Below are positions 1-8,499 of a DNA stretch of 32,000 bases, in pieces. The stretch is from NCBI GenBank assembly GCA_003056265.1, contig NBVN01000002.1, positions 210,001-242,000 on the forward strand. Direction: 5' to 3'. Every line of letters starts with the position of its first letter. Position 1 is the first letter of the stretch. Both the position numbers and the translations under genes were made by a program. This DNA is from Zestosphaera tikiterensis. Its GTDB lineage: Archaea > Thermoproteota > Thermoprotei_A > Sulfolobales > NBVN01. Under the pieces are notes generated by a model. It worked only from the letters and a program-made list of their open reading frames with translations. It was not told the DNA's origin and made no database searches.

Positions 1-550
1 AAGGGATGCTGGCTACGAGTTAGAGTTTATAGGTACTGGATCCACACCAACTTTTAGATTTGACGTTAACGAACCTATATACACTCACTTATTCCCAGGT
101 AATTACGTATATTACGATAGAATCCAAGCGTTAGTTTTCGGTTCCGCTGAACTCAACGATTGCGCCTTAACGGTTTTAGCTACTGTTATATCCATCCCAG
201 AACATTCCGAAGGTAGGTTAGCTGTAATTAACGCGGGAAGCAAAACGTTAAGCGTTGATAGGGGAGCTCACGGCATAGAATCTATTAAAGGGTACGGCCA
301 TATAGTCGAACATCCTAAAACCACAATAGTAAGCCTATCGGAGGAAATAGGCGTGGTTGACATAAGTACAGACCCCACAGTTAAAGTCGGGGAGAAGGTA
401 AACATAATACCTAACCACTCATGTATAGTTAGCAACGCAACAAGTTATTTAATCGCACATAGAAACGCACGAGTTATGAAACTAATCAAAGTAGATATGA
501 GGAATAACGTAAAAACCCCTGAAATCATTTCCTCACTACAATTCCTTTAG
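1..550 (+). CDS. 3' fragment of a PLP-dependent alanine-racemase-fold enzyme (D-serine dehydratase / D-threonine aldolase-like); the 5' end lies outside the window
   Basis: Frame 2 is open from the window edge to TAG 548-550, so the 65-aa track ORF is only its tail. My translation reads ...INAGSKTLSVDRGAHG...GYGHIV...GEKVNIIPNHSCIVSN..., which resembles the C-terminal 'IPNHxCxxxN' signature of the D-serine dehydratase-like domain. Confidence 0.55.
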   Translation, partial: RDAGYELEFIGTGSTPTFRFDVNEPIYTHLFPGNYVYYDRIQALVFGSAELNDCALTVLATVISIPEHSEGRLAVINAGSKTLSVDRGAHGIESIKGYGHIVEHPKTTIVSLSEEIGVVDISTDPTVKVGEKVNIIPNHSCIVSNATSYLIAHRNARVMKLIKVDMRNNVKTPEIISSLQFL

Positions 551-979
551 ATGCATACACCAGCATACTATCATTTATCAACTTGAAAGAATGAAGAATG
601 TTTTATAAATCATCTAGCTTATGAACCTATAATAGTTACATCGTAAGTTAAACCTTAAAGATCCAAGCTAAGGAGTGACCTCAACAGGTATTAACCTATG
701 ATGTAGCCTAAATATAACTCAGTCTTCTTTAAGTAAGCTACGACACCAACTTTAAACCTTCATCTATATCAAGAACCTCAGTTACGGTCTTGGAACACTA
801 TAGTTCTTTTCTTAGTGACACATGAGTTCATAGTCAGATCAGCATACAACATCAATTAGAACCCTTAAACATTTTAACGGATACCCTCTTTAACATCGAA
901 AGAAGAAATTGGAAACCTTTTAGTCGTCTATCATATTAAGAACTAAGAACTAAGGTTAGGGATGAATTAAGAACTTTTA

Positions 980-1056
<77 letters not shown>

Positions 1057-1126
1057 TCTAATGCTTTATTGAATTAAGGTTAATTAATTTTTCTGCTGAC
1101 GTAAGGTGTTTAAGCAAGTTAAAAAA

Positions 1127-1540
1127 TCATAATGTTGTTTGGGATCTATCAACGTAACCTACTCTATATTTCCTCGGTTTAAGTATGTTTAAAACTGCTT
1201 CAAACCCCCTCCAAGGTTCTGTGTGTTGACCGCATGTGTATATGTCTACGGTTGCGTATTCGTATTCTACCCACGTATGTATCGCTATGTGTGACTCAGT
1301 AACTAAAGCTATCGCTGAAACCCCTCCTTTCCTACCTCCGAATCTCCAAGACTTAACCTCTACTAACGTAGCTCCGGAAGCTTTAACTGCCTCAAGGACT
1401 GTATTACGTATTAATTCCTCATCGTTTAGAAGTTCTTTTTTAACGCCGTAGAGGTTTGCGTATAGATGCTTACCGATAATTAACTCATCGTTTATATTTA
1501 ACCTATCCTTACTGCCGCCCTCCCTCACTTCCCACGTCAC
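1127..1540 (-). CDS. Pyruvoyl-dependent decarboxylase of the AdoMetDC (SpeH) family. It could be either S-adenosylmethionine decarboxylase or the crenarchaeal arginine decarboxylase paralogue
   Basis: 137 aa with a GTG start. The self-cleavage motif LVTE|SHIAIHTWVE is present, and GKHLYANLYG plus VDIYTCG are typical of small archaeal/bacterial AdoMetDC proenzymes. Confidence 0.85.
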   Translation of the reverse strand: MTWEVREGGSKDRLNINDELIIGKHLYANLYGVKKELLNDEELIRNTVLEAVKASGATLVEVKSWRFGGRKGGVSAIALVTESHIAIHTWVEYEYATVDIYTCGQHTEPWRGFEAVLNILKPRKYRVGYVDRSQTTL

Positions 1541-1640
1541 GCCTCTCTACATCATGATTTTCATCGCAGGAGAGTTTATAAACTTATCCCCACATACGCT
1601 GAAGGCAATTAATTTATTCCCACACGCGGATATTAAGTAG

Positions 1641-2003
1641 GTGGATATAGTGAGTGATGTGAAAGTGGAGAAAGGTGGGCAGGCATACTTCATAAGGTTT
1701 CCAGACGGTAGTAAGGCTTGGCTAGCTTTTAAGGAGGAAGGTGGTAAGCTACACCTTATAGAGACTTACACACCAGAACAGCATAGGGGTAAGGGATATG
1801 CTGCGAAACTTGTTGAAGCTGCTGTGGAAGACGCTGAAAAACGAAATCTAAAGATAGTCCCTATCTGCAGCTACTCAGTTCATTACTTCATAAGAAATAA
1901 AGAGAAAAGACACTTACTGGACGAGCCTTACGCCTCAATGAGTGAGGAAGAACTTCAGAACTACTATAAAGAAAGACTAAACGCTGAGAAAAGCAAGCAT
2001 TAA
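1641..2003 (+). CDS. Small GNAT-like N-acetyltransferase (YjdJ-type single domain)
   Basis: 120 aa. HRGKGYAAKLVEAAVEDAEKRNLKIVPICSYSVHYF matches the acetyl-CoA binding R/Q-x-x-G-x-G/A core of minimal GNAT proteins. Its stop overlaps the convergent stop of the next gene (2000-2003). Confidence 0.6.
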   Translation: MDIVSDVKVEKGGQAYFIRFPDGSKAWLAFKEEGGKLHLIETYTPEQHRGKGYAAKLVEAAVEDAEKRNLKIVPICSYSVHYFIRNKEKRHLLDEPYASMSEEELQNYYKERLNAEKSKH

Positions 2004-3277
2004 CTTAGTATAACGCCCCTTAAGTCGTAGAACGTATAGCTTGAGATACTTACGTAGTTTTTAAAACCTAAAGACCCCCCATCGTTTAAAATCACCACAG
2101 GCTTGTAATTAATTAACCTACCGATTAAAGAACCCTTAAAAGACACCCCAGATATTAAAGCCAACGCTATCGAACCTACGTATTGCGAGTTGACTAAAGC
2201 TCCAACCTCCTCAACAACTTTATTTAATTCTAAACTCCTTCTTTTCTTAACGGGATCCGGAACTTGCTTCATACCTGCGGCTTCTGTTCTAGGTCTTAAC
2301 GTATATTGCGCTATATGAACTTTATCGAACATCAGCTCCTTAACTGAGTTGAGCGTTTCTTTAAAGTCTTCCTCGTCTTCTCCGGGATGCCCAACTATTA
2401 TGTCTGTAGCTATTTGAACTTCAGGTATTTTACGTCTAATCTCAGTAACTAAAGATTTAAACTCTTCGTAAGTGTATCTACGCTTCATAATCTTAAGTAC
2501 TTTATCGCTAGCTGACTGTAGAGGTATGTGAACATATTTGAAAACTTTAGGATGTTTTAGAACCTCTATGAACTCGTCTAGAAAGCTGTAGAGAGTGTCT
2601 GGATTAGCCATACCGACTCTAACCATATAATCTCCTTCTACCTTGCTCACCACGTCAAGAACTAAAGCCGGTAACCTAACGTTACCTAAGTCAACGCCGT
2701 AGGCTGCCGCATCCTGAGCTGTTAAGTCTATCTCAACCGCACCTAATTTAACGGCTTCGTTAACGGCCTCCACGACCTTCTCAGGCTTGTAGGATTTCAA
2801 CCTACGTCTAGCAATCTTAGTGATGCAGAAAGCGCAGTCGCCTAAACACCCCTCAGCTATCGGTATGCTTGCCACAACCCCTTCAACAGTTGGCTTCAGT
2901 AAACTAACATCTCTAACCCCGTCTAGAAGTAAAACCCTTTGAGTAGATTCTACAGCCTCCCAAACACGCGTTACGTTCTGAGGTGAGACTAAAGAAGCTG
3001 TTGGTACTACCTTACTCACCGTGTAGGGTTGTGCCGATACCATACAACCGGTAATAACGAGCTTCTTACCTTCGCTAACGACGTTCTTAAGCTGTGTAAG
3101 TCTCTTAAGGATTTTCTGCTCTGTATCAAGCCTTACCGTACAGGTATTTATAAGTAGGACGTCCGCCTCATTTAAGTCCTCAACTATTACATGACCTCTA
3201 CTAACTAGTATAGACTTCATTAAAGCTGTGTCTGCTTTATTCAACGCACAGCCGTAGGTTTCTATATACACCTTCAT
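2000..3277 (-). CDS. Radical-SAM methylthiotransferase, archaeal MiaB-like / CDKAL1-type (tRNA ms2t6A37 family)
   Basis: 425 aa. It has an N-terminal UPF0004 domain (YIETYGCALNKADT ... NTCTV ... TGCM), a radical SAM cluster motif CLGDCAFC, and a C-terminal TRAM-like beta segment. Confidence 0.9.
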   Translation of the reverse strand: MKVYIETYGCALNKADTALMKSILVSRGHVIVEDLNEADVLLINTCTVRLDTEQKILKRLTQLKNVVSEGKKLVITGCMVSAQPYTVSKVVPTASLVSPQNVTRVWEAVESTQRVLLLDGVRDVSLLKPTVEGVVASIPIAEGCLGDCAFCITKIARRRLKSYKPEKVVEAVNEAVKLGAVEIDLTAQDAAAYGVDLGNVRLPALVLDVVSKVEGDYMVRVGMANPDTLYSFLDEFIEVLKHPKVFKYVHIPLQSASDKVLKIMKRRYTYEEFKSLVTEIRRKIPEVQIATDIIVGHPGEDEEDFKETLNSVKELMFDKVHIAQYTLRPRTEAAGMKQVPDPVKKRRSLELNKVVEEVGALVNSQYVGSIALALISGVSFKGSLIGRLINYKPVVILNDGGSLGFKNYVSISSYTFYDLRGVILS

Positions 3278-3345
3278 CTTAATTCAAACCAACTATGACT
3301 AAGAAACTTAAAAGTTTCGTTATGAAGTATTAGGGGTAATTAAAG

Positions 3346-3762
3346 TTGAGCGATGATATAACGTATGAAGAGATGTTGAAGAGAGTGTATGAAAACCTGC
3401 CTGAGAGGAGGACAGCACCTACGTTGGATATCCCGCCTTTAGAGATAGCATACGTAGGCAATCAAACTCAAATTAAAAACTTCAAGCAGGTTTGCGACGT
3501 AATTCTTAGAGAACCTAAAGTATGTGCTAGGTATATCCTTAAGGAATTAGCTGCGAGAGGAACTATAGATGACTCAGGCGTTTTCACAATATATTTGAAA
3601 GTAACCGCTCAAACGATAAACGCTTTATTTAAGAAGTTCTTAGATATTTACGTGATATGCAAGACCTGCGGTTCTTACCAAACAGAACTGAGGAAGCAGG
3701 GTAAGGTATGGATAATTAGATGTTTAGCTTGCGGTGCTGAAACACCTACGAAGCCTGTGTAG
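3346..3762 (+). CDS. eif2b: Translation initiation factor aIF2 beta subunit
   Basis: 138 aa with a TTG start. The N-terminus YEEMLKRVYENLPE and the C-terminal zinc ribbon CKTCGS...CLACGA are typical of aIF2-beta. Confidence 0.9.
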   Translation: MSDDITYEEMLKRVYENLPERRTAPTLDIPPLEIAYVGNQTQIKNFKQVCDVILREPKVCARYILKELAARGTIDDSGVFTIYLKVTAQTINALFKKFLDIYVICKTCGSYQTELRKQGKVWIIRCLACGAETPTKPV

Positions 3763-4092
3763 GTGATCCATCTGACTGAAGATTTGGTTTACGTTAAGGT
3801 GCATAAAACGGAGGAAGACGAGAGCGGGTTTGGAAGTGTAGTTGCTGTATGCGATAAAGACTTGCTGGGTAGGACATTCAGAGAGAACGAAGTTATCCTC
3901 ACGATAAATGCTGAGTTCTTCGAGGGTTTCTTAACCACCTTAGATGAGGCTTTAGAGTATATTCGGAGGGCTGCTATAGCAGTACTCGTTGGTGAGAAAG
4001 CCGTAAGCAAAGCCGTCTCTGAAGGGTTAGTACACCCTGAAGCTGTTTTAACGGTTGAGGGAATACCACATGCTCAGATCGTGAAAGTATGA
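3763..4092 (+). CDS. DUF424-family protein, which is commonly found directly downstream of aIF2-beta in archaea
   Basis: 109 aa. The GTG start directly follows the aIF2-beta stop. The sequence VAVCDKDLLGRTF...INAEFF...G resembles DUF424. The stop overlaps the next start by 4 nt. Confidence 0.55.
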   Translation: MIHLTEDLVYVKVHKTEEDESGFGSVVAVCDKDLLGRTFRENEVILTINAEFFEGFLTTLDEALEYIRRAAIAVLVGEKAVSKAVSEGLVHPEAVLTVEGIPHAQIVKV

Positions 4093-5135
4093 AGTCCTTA
4101 ACGTCTAAATTTTGCTTAAGGTGTGGTTCGCCGGAAGGCCCGGATAACCCGCTGATTGAAGGCCTATGTTTAAATTGCTTTGTTAAGGAAAGGCAGATCG
4201 TTAAACTACCCTCTAAGGTAGTAGTTGTTAGGTGTTCTTCCTGCGGTTCAATATTCGTTGGGGGTACGTGGACGCAGTTTCTAGGTGATGACCGTCAAGC
4301 CCTAGAGGAAGTCATTAATAAAACATTCGTTAAGAAGCAAAACATCAACCCCAACATAAAAGACGTATACGTTGAAGTCGTAGGTCTTTATTCAGGGATG
4401 GCCGACTTAAAGATAACAGCCAGGTATGGGAATGCCGTCATCACGCAGAGTTCTGTAATCCATTACGAAATACTTAAGAGGATGTGCCCCTCATGTCTTA
4501 GCATTAAAGTAAAAAGCTATGAAGCGATACTTCAGGTTAGATTCGTTAGGAAGCAGAAATCTAGAGGGTTAGAGGTTATTAGAGTGAAGACATTCTTAAA
4601 TAACTTAAAGAACTTACGTAATAACGTAACAGACTATGAAGAATTGGTTGAGGGGATAGATATAAAACTTAACGATGTATCTATCGCTAGGCGCATAGCA
4701 AACACTTTAAAACGTGAGTTCGGTGGTGTTGTCAAAGAGTCTTGGAAGCTGCATACGGTCGTTCGAGGTAAGAGACACAGTAAGTTAACAATTTCCGTTA
4801 GGGTAGTTGGGGTTAAACCCGATGATTACTTAATAGTGGGGGATGAAGTCCTTAAAGTTCTTAACGTTGAGGGAAGTGAGTTAAGGGTTAAGCACTTAAG
4901 TAAGGACCTCGTTAAGTATGTAAAAATTGACGATTTAATGAAGGAAGACTTCGAGATAGTGCCGCCGGATGAAGCGAAAATAGTTTCATGTACTGTCGCA
5001 GGTTATGAAAGTGGGGGGCTTAAGCTCTCATGTGATGACGGCAGCTTTAGAATTGTTAGAAAGGTCCTGGAAACTTCCGTATCTTCGAAGGTGAAGATAT
5101 TAATTTATAAGGATAGTCATTATCTCATTTTATAG
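4089..5135 (+). CDS. nmd3: NMD3-family protein (archaeal homologue of the 60S export/biogenesis factor)
   Basis: 348 aa. N-terminal Cys clusters CLRCGS...CLNCF...CSSCGS and a later CPSC, with size and layout typical of archaeal NMD3. Confidence 0.75.
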   Translation: MKSLTSKFCLRCGSPEGPDNPLIEGLCLNCFVKERQIVKLPSKVVVVRCSSCGSIFVGGTWTQFLGDDRQALEEVINKTFVKKQNINPNIKDVYVEVVGLYSGMADLKITARYGNAVITQSSVIHYEILKRMCPSCLSIKVKSYEAILQVRFVRKQKSRGLEVIRVKTFLNNLKNLRNNVTDYEELVEGIDIKLNDVSIARRIANTLKREFGGVVKESWKLHTVVRGKRHSKLTISVRVVGVKPDDYLIVGDEVLKVLNVEGSELRVKHLSKDLVKYVKIDDLMKEDFEIVPPDEAKIVSCTVAGYESGGLKLSCDDGSFRIVRKVLETSVSSKVKILIYKDSHYLIL

Positions 5136-5137
5136 GT

Positions 5138-5470
5138 GTGAGATTGGGTAAAAAGAAAGTTGAGGAGAAGGTTGAGGAGACCCCCCTCCCTAACCCTGAC
5201 GAAGGGACTGTCGTATGCGTAGTTTCTGAATTCATAGGAGCTAATTACTTAAAGGTTGTTTGCATGGACGGCAAGGAGAGATCTGTTAGAATACCTGGTA
5301 AATTAAGACATAAGGTTTGGATCAACATTAAAGACGTAGTGTTAGTTGGTAAGTGGGAGTTTGACGAAAGTAAGGGTGATGTCCTCTATAGGTATAGCAG
5401 AGATGAAAAGAAGAAGTTAATTGACGGTGGGTATCTAGACCCTACGTTAATTGAAAGCTTAGGTGAGTAA
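5138..5470 (+). CDS. eif1a: Translation initiation factor aIF1A
   Basis: 110 aa with a GTG start. The S1/OB core reads VVCVVSEFIGANYLKVVCMDGKERSVRIPGKLRHKVWINIKDVVLV. Confidence 0.9.
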   Translation: MRLGKKKVEEKVEETPLPNPDEGTVVCVVSEFIGANYLKVVCMDGKERSVRIPGKLRHKVWINIKDVVLVGKWEFDESKGDVLYRYSRDEKKKLIDGGYLDPTLIESLGE

Positions 5471-6305
5471 CATAAGCGATGAAGACTTTGAGAAGAACAT
5501 AGATAAAGTATTCATTACGAAGTTAAAGGAACGTAGGCTTTTGGATGAGGACCTTTTCGAAACGGTTGAAGAGGTTTTTGATAGGGCTACGGTTCAGGCA
5601 GTCCTTCAGTTAATGAGGCGTAAGACTCTTGCTGAGCTTAAAGGCGTTGTAAGTACTGGTAAGGAATCCAGAGTTTATTGGGGTAAAAGCTTTAAAGGTG
5701 AGGATTTAGCGGTTAAGATCTACTTAACCTCCTCATCAGAGTTTAGGAAGGGTATGGTTAAGTATATTAAAGGAGATCCTAGATTCGGCGATAACATACC
5801 TAAATCCACTAGGAAGCTTGTCATCATGTGGGCTAAAAAAGAGTTTAAAAACTATAAGGCTTTATTCGACGCAGGCGTCTCAGTACCTAAGCCTATAGAT
5901 CAATACGAAAATGTTTTGGTTATGGAGTTTATAGGTAGGGAGGGGGTTCGAGCCCCGCTCCTTAAAGAGATTACGTTAACATACGAAGAGTACGTTAAGT
6001 TATTCGTAAATTTAATCGAAGACGTTAAGAAAGCTTACGTTAAAGCAAATCTAGTTCACGGCGATTTAAGTGAGTTCAACGTTATGATCTTCGAGGATAG
6101 ACATTACATAATCGATGTAAGCCAAGCCGTACCTTTAACTCATCCTAATAGTCATGAGTTACTCATTAGAGATTTGAGGAATATCCATAGATACTTTAGT
6201 AAGGAGGTAGGTTTGAAAATACCTTCGGTGGACGTACTTTATAAATACGTAACTAACGAATTAAGCGAGTTACCGGGGCTTCCGCAACCTCTTAACCATT
6301 CTTAA
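5463..6305 (+). CDS. rio1: RIO1-type atypical serine protein kinase
   Basis: 280 aa. It overlaps aIF1A by 8 nt. Motifs: STGKESRVY nucleotide loop, VHGDLSEFN catalytic loop, IDVSQAV metal-binding loop. Confidence 0.9.
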   Translation: MSNISDEDFEKNIDKVFITKLKERRLLDEDLFETVEEVFDRATVQAVLQLMRRKTLAELKGVVSTGKESRVYWGKSFKGEDLAVKIYLTSSSEFRKGMVKYIKGDPRFGDNIPKSTRKLVIMWAKKEFKNYKALFDAGVSVPKPIDQYENVLVMEFIGREGVRAPLLKEITLTYEEYVKLFVNLIEDVKKAYVKANLVHGDLSEFNVMIFEDRHYIIDVSQAVPLTHPNSHELLIRDLRNIHRYFSKEVGLKIPSVDVLYKYVTNELSELPGLPQPLNHS

Positions 6306-6365
6306 ATAACCTCCGGATATATTGATTAATTGTGAAAGTAAACGTTAAGTGAGTAGTGGTTTAAA

Positions 6366-6968
6366 ATGGATATGAATGAGTTGAACTCCCGAAGTCAAAG
6401 CACGACTAAAGTATATCTTAAAGTACGTCCGGAGAGGTTAGGCGTTCTTATAGGTGAGGGTGGTAAGACCCTTAAACAGCTGGAGTTGAGGACGCGAACC
6501 AGAATAACTGTTGATAGCGTTAACTGCTCTTTAGTTATCGAGCCGGCAACGCCTGAAGTCACAGCAGATATGTTGCTTAAAGCTTCAGACTTCGTTAAAG
6601 CTATTGACGCCGGGTTCTCGCCGGATAAAGCAGAGAGAGTTCTCGAAGAGGATCAGATTCTAGTGATCATCGACTTAAAGGAAATCGTCGGTAACTCACC
6701 AAACCATCTCCAACGCGTTAAAGGTAGAATCATAGGTGAGGAGGGTAGAGTTAAGACAAACATTGAACAAGCTACGGATACTTACATAAGCATTTACGAC
6801 GATATAGTAGCTATAATAGGTGATTACGACAACGCATACCTAGCGAGGGAGGCTATAGAAATGATAATCATGGGGAGGGAGCACTCAACGGTATATAAAT
6901 ATTTAGATAAGAGGGTTCGTGAGTTAAAGAGAAGGAAAGCAACAGAGTTTTGGATTAGAAAACCTTAA
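6366..6968 (+). CDS. Two-KH-domain RNA-binding protein (Dim2/Pno1-like)
   Basis: 200 aa with two GxxG KH motifs (IGEGGKT, IGEEGRV). The position downstream of aIF1A-Rio1 matches the conserved archaeal arrangement. Confidence 0.75.
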   Translation: MDMNELNSRSQSTTKVYLKVRPERLGVLIGEGGKTLKQLELRTRTRITVDSVNCSLVIEPATPEVTADMLLKASDFVKAIDAGFSPDKAERVLEEDQILVIIDLKEIVGNSPNHLQRVKGRIIGEEGRVKTNIEQATDTYISIYDDIVAIIGDYDNAYLAREAIEMIIMGREHSTVYKYLDKRVRELKRRKATEFWIRKP

Positions 6969-7212
6969 GCAATCATGATTAACTCTTATCAATAGTTACT
7001 ATCAACCTTTAATATAATCCGTAGCTTCATCCTTTAGGACGGGGAGAAAGTCGGATCTAAAGCCCTACCCTACTCTTTAAGATGGGGAACAGTTGATTCT
7101 TGACTAAGACTTTAACATCTGAAGTGAGGAAGTTTGAAGTAATGCGATAATTAAGTTAAGCGGTTTTTAAGTGTGTTGATAGAGGCTTAGGAGCCCTTCC
7201 ACCCTTTCGGTG

Positions 7213-7358
7213 TGGTGGGCCCGGGGGGACTTGAACCCCCGACCTACGGGTCTCTTCCAACGGGGGTTTTACTATCATCCCATACGGTCATCAGACCCGT
7301 TTGGACTGGAGCTTCGGCCTCACGAGTCCGCCGCTCTGCCTGGCTGAGCTACGGGCCC
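7213..7358 (-). tRNA. Intron-containing tRNA, 146 nt, with about 69 nt of intervening sequence at non-canonical position(s). The candidate anticodon is GAU (Ile) but the isotype is not secure. CCA is encoded
   Basis: The reverse complement starts GGGCCCG-TA-GCTC-AGCCAGGCA-GAGC-G. It ends AGGTC-GGGGG-TTCAAGT-CCCCC-CGGGCCC-A-CCA. The acceptor, D and T arms are perfect. The 86 nt between them (7246-7331) must supply a 17-nt anticodon arm. Two candidate loops both read GAU: CGGGT-CTGATGA and ATGGG-ATGATAG...CCCGT. Confidence 0.8.
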
Positions 7359-7538
7359 ACCTTAGGTCATCAATTAATTCTTCATTCTGGAGTTTTTAAA
7401 TTCTTTTTGCCTTTACTTTTAATTAACCTTATGTGAGTTATTGATGTTCTGCTGAAGTTTTAAGACGTTATTTCGTGTTGGAAGACTCCATAATCGTTTA
7501 TTATAGTTACTTTAGTAGAAATGTAAGGGATTGAGTTA

Positions 7539-8387
7539 ATGTCAACGCAGGTTTTAAGGGCTTTGCTTGAGGCTGTAGACCTAGCTGTCTACTCCTATAT
7601 AAAGCCGGCTGCGCCACATAGGTATTCCTTAAAGTTTAAAGATCTCCACAGTATAGTAGCCTCTATAACAACTTCGTTGAGGACTTACTTAAAAGCTATG
7701 GATGAAGGGTATGAAGTTGCTTCAGGTAGGTATGGATTTACTGAGGTAAGCATAGGGACTTTAATAAAGGACGCAATTCAAGAAAACGCTTACGCTATGA
7801 GAGGACAGTCAAACCCACTCATGCACATGGTTTTAATACCGGCAAGCATGGCTGCTTCATATACTTTAAAGCTTAAAAACTTCTTAGCCACTGACGCGTA
7901 TTTAAACGCTTTCAAATCCATTATAATGAATGCTAACCCGCAAGAAACCCATAAGGTTTACGACGCTTTAAGAAACTCGCCAAACGACTTAAGAAGAGCT
8001 GTAGAATTAAGTGGTTTAACCCCAGGTAGGATAGTTGTGGAAAACATAACTTTAGATGAGTTCATACGCATATTAAGCAAGCATCACAAGCACTTAGAGT
8101 TAATCAGCTTAAAACATAATTTAATTGTTGAAGCCTCAAACACGTTCCTAAAGAAATATACGGACACAGGTGATTTAAACCTAGCCACGGTAGTCACGTA
8201 TAAATACATAGCTGAAGCCTTCCACGACATTAAATTCACGCCAGAGCTAAGAAGTAGGGAAGACTTTAAGAAGTTACTTGAACTAGATTCTGAACTACAT
8301 AGTAAAGGCGTGGATTTATCTTTCGTAATACCTTACTTAACTGAGGCTGTATTCATAAGTCTTCTCTCACTGTATAGCAAGCGTTAA
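7539..8387 (+). CDS. Conserved hypothetical protein, tentatively of the CitG / triphosphoribosyl-dephospho-CoA synthase-like family
   Basis: 282 aa, helical. The N-terminal YIKPAAPHRYSLKF resembles the KPGxVxR motif of CitG-like proteins, and NPLMHMVLIPASMAA resembles their TNxGxxLLxxPL segment. This is recognition by eye only. Confidence 0.4.
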   Translation: MSTQVLRALLEAVDLAVYSYIKPAAPHRYSLKFKDLHSIVASITTSLRTYLKAMDEGYEVASGRYGFTEVSIGTLIKDAIQENAYAMRGQSNPLMHMVLIPASMAASYTLKLKNFLATDAYLNAFKSIIMNANPQETHKVYDALRNSPNDLRRAVELSGLTPGRIVVENITLDEFIRILSKHHKHLELISLKHNLIVEASNTFLKKYTDTGDLNLATVVTYKYIAEAFHDIKFTPELRSREDFKKLLELDSELHSKGVDLSFVIPYLTEAVFISLLSLYSKR

Positions 8388-8406
8388 ATTAAATTTGAGA
8401 TTGTTG

Positions 8407-8497
8407 TGGTAGCCGGGCGGGGATTCGAACCCCGGTCACGGGGGTTCTCCCCCAAAGGACCAGAGCCCCGCATCCTTGGCCGCTAGACGACCCGGCT
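8407..8497 (-). tRNA. tRNA-Gln (anticodon CUG) with a 15-nt intron at the canonical 37/38 position, CCA encoded
   Basis: Reverse complement: AGCCGGG-TC-GTCT-AGCGGCCAA-GGAT-G-CGGGG-CTCTGG[TCCTTTGGGGGAGAA]C-CCCCG-TGAC-CGGGG-TTCGAAT-CCCCG-CCCGGCT-A-CCA. It is 91 nt in total and 76 nt when mature. Confidence 0.85.
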
Positions 8498-8499
8498 AC

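Noticed and set aside
7032-7062. A CTTTAG...CTAAAG inverted repeat and nearby CCCTAC repeats in the 244-bp gap downstream of the KH gene. I considered an H/ACA sRNA or a split-tRNA half.
   Set aside because: The stem is only 6 bp with a 19-nt loop. There is no ACA box, K-turn or T-loop-like motif, and the GC content is not elevated enough for a stable RNA in this genome.
7359-7372. A UGAUGA (C-box-like) motif 9 nt upstream of the long tRNA on the minus strand.
   Set aside because: No D box or second box pair lies in the upstream leader. It is probably coincidental.
7212-7436. A 74-aa plus-strand ORF.
   Set aside because: It is the antisense of the intron-containing tRNA gene, and its GC-rich tRNA sequence is what keeps the frame open.
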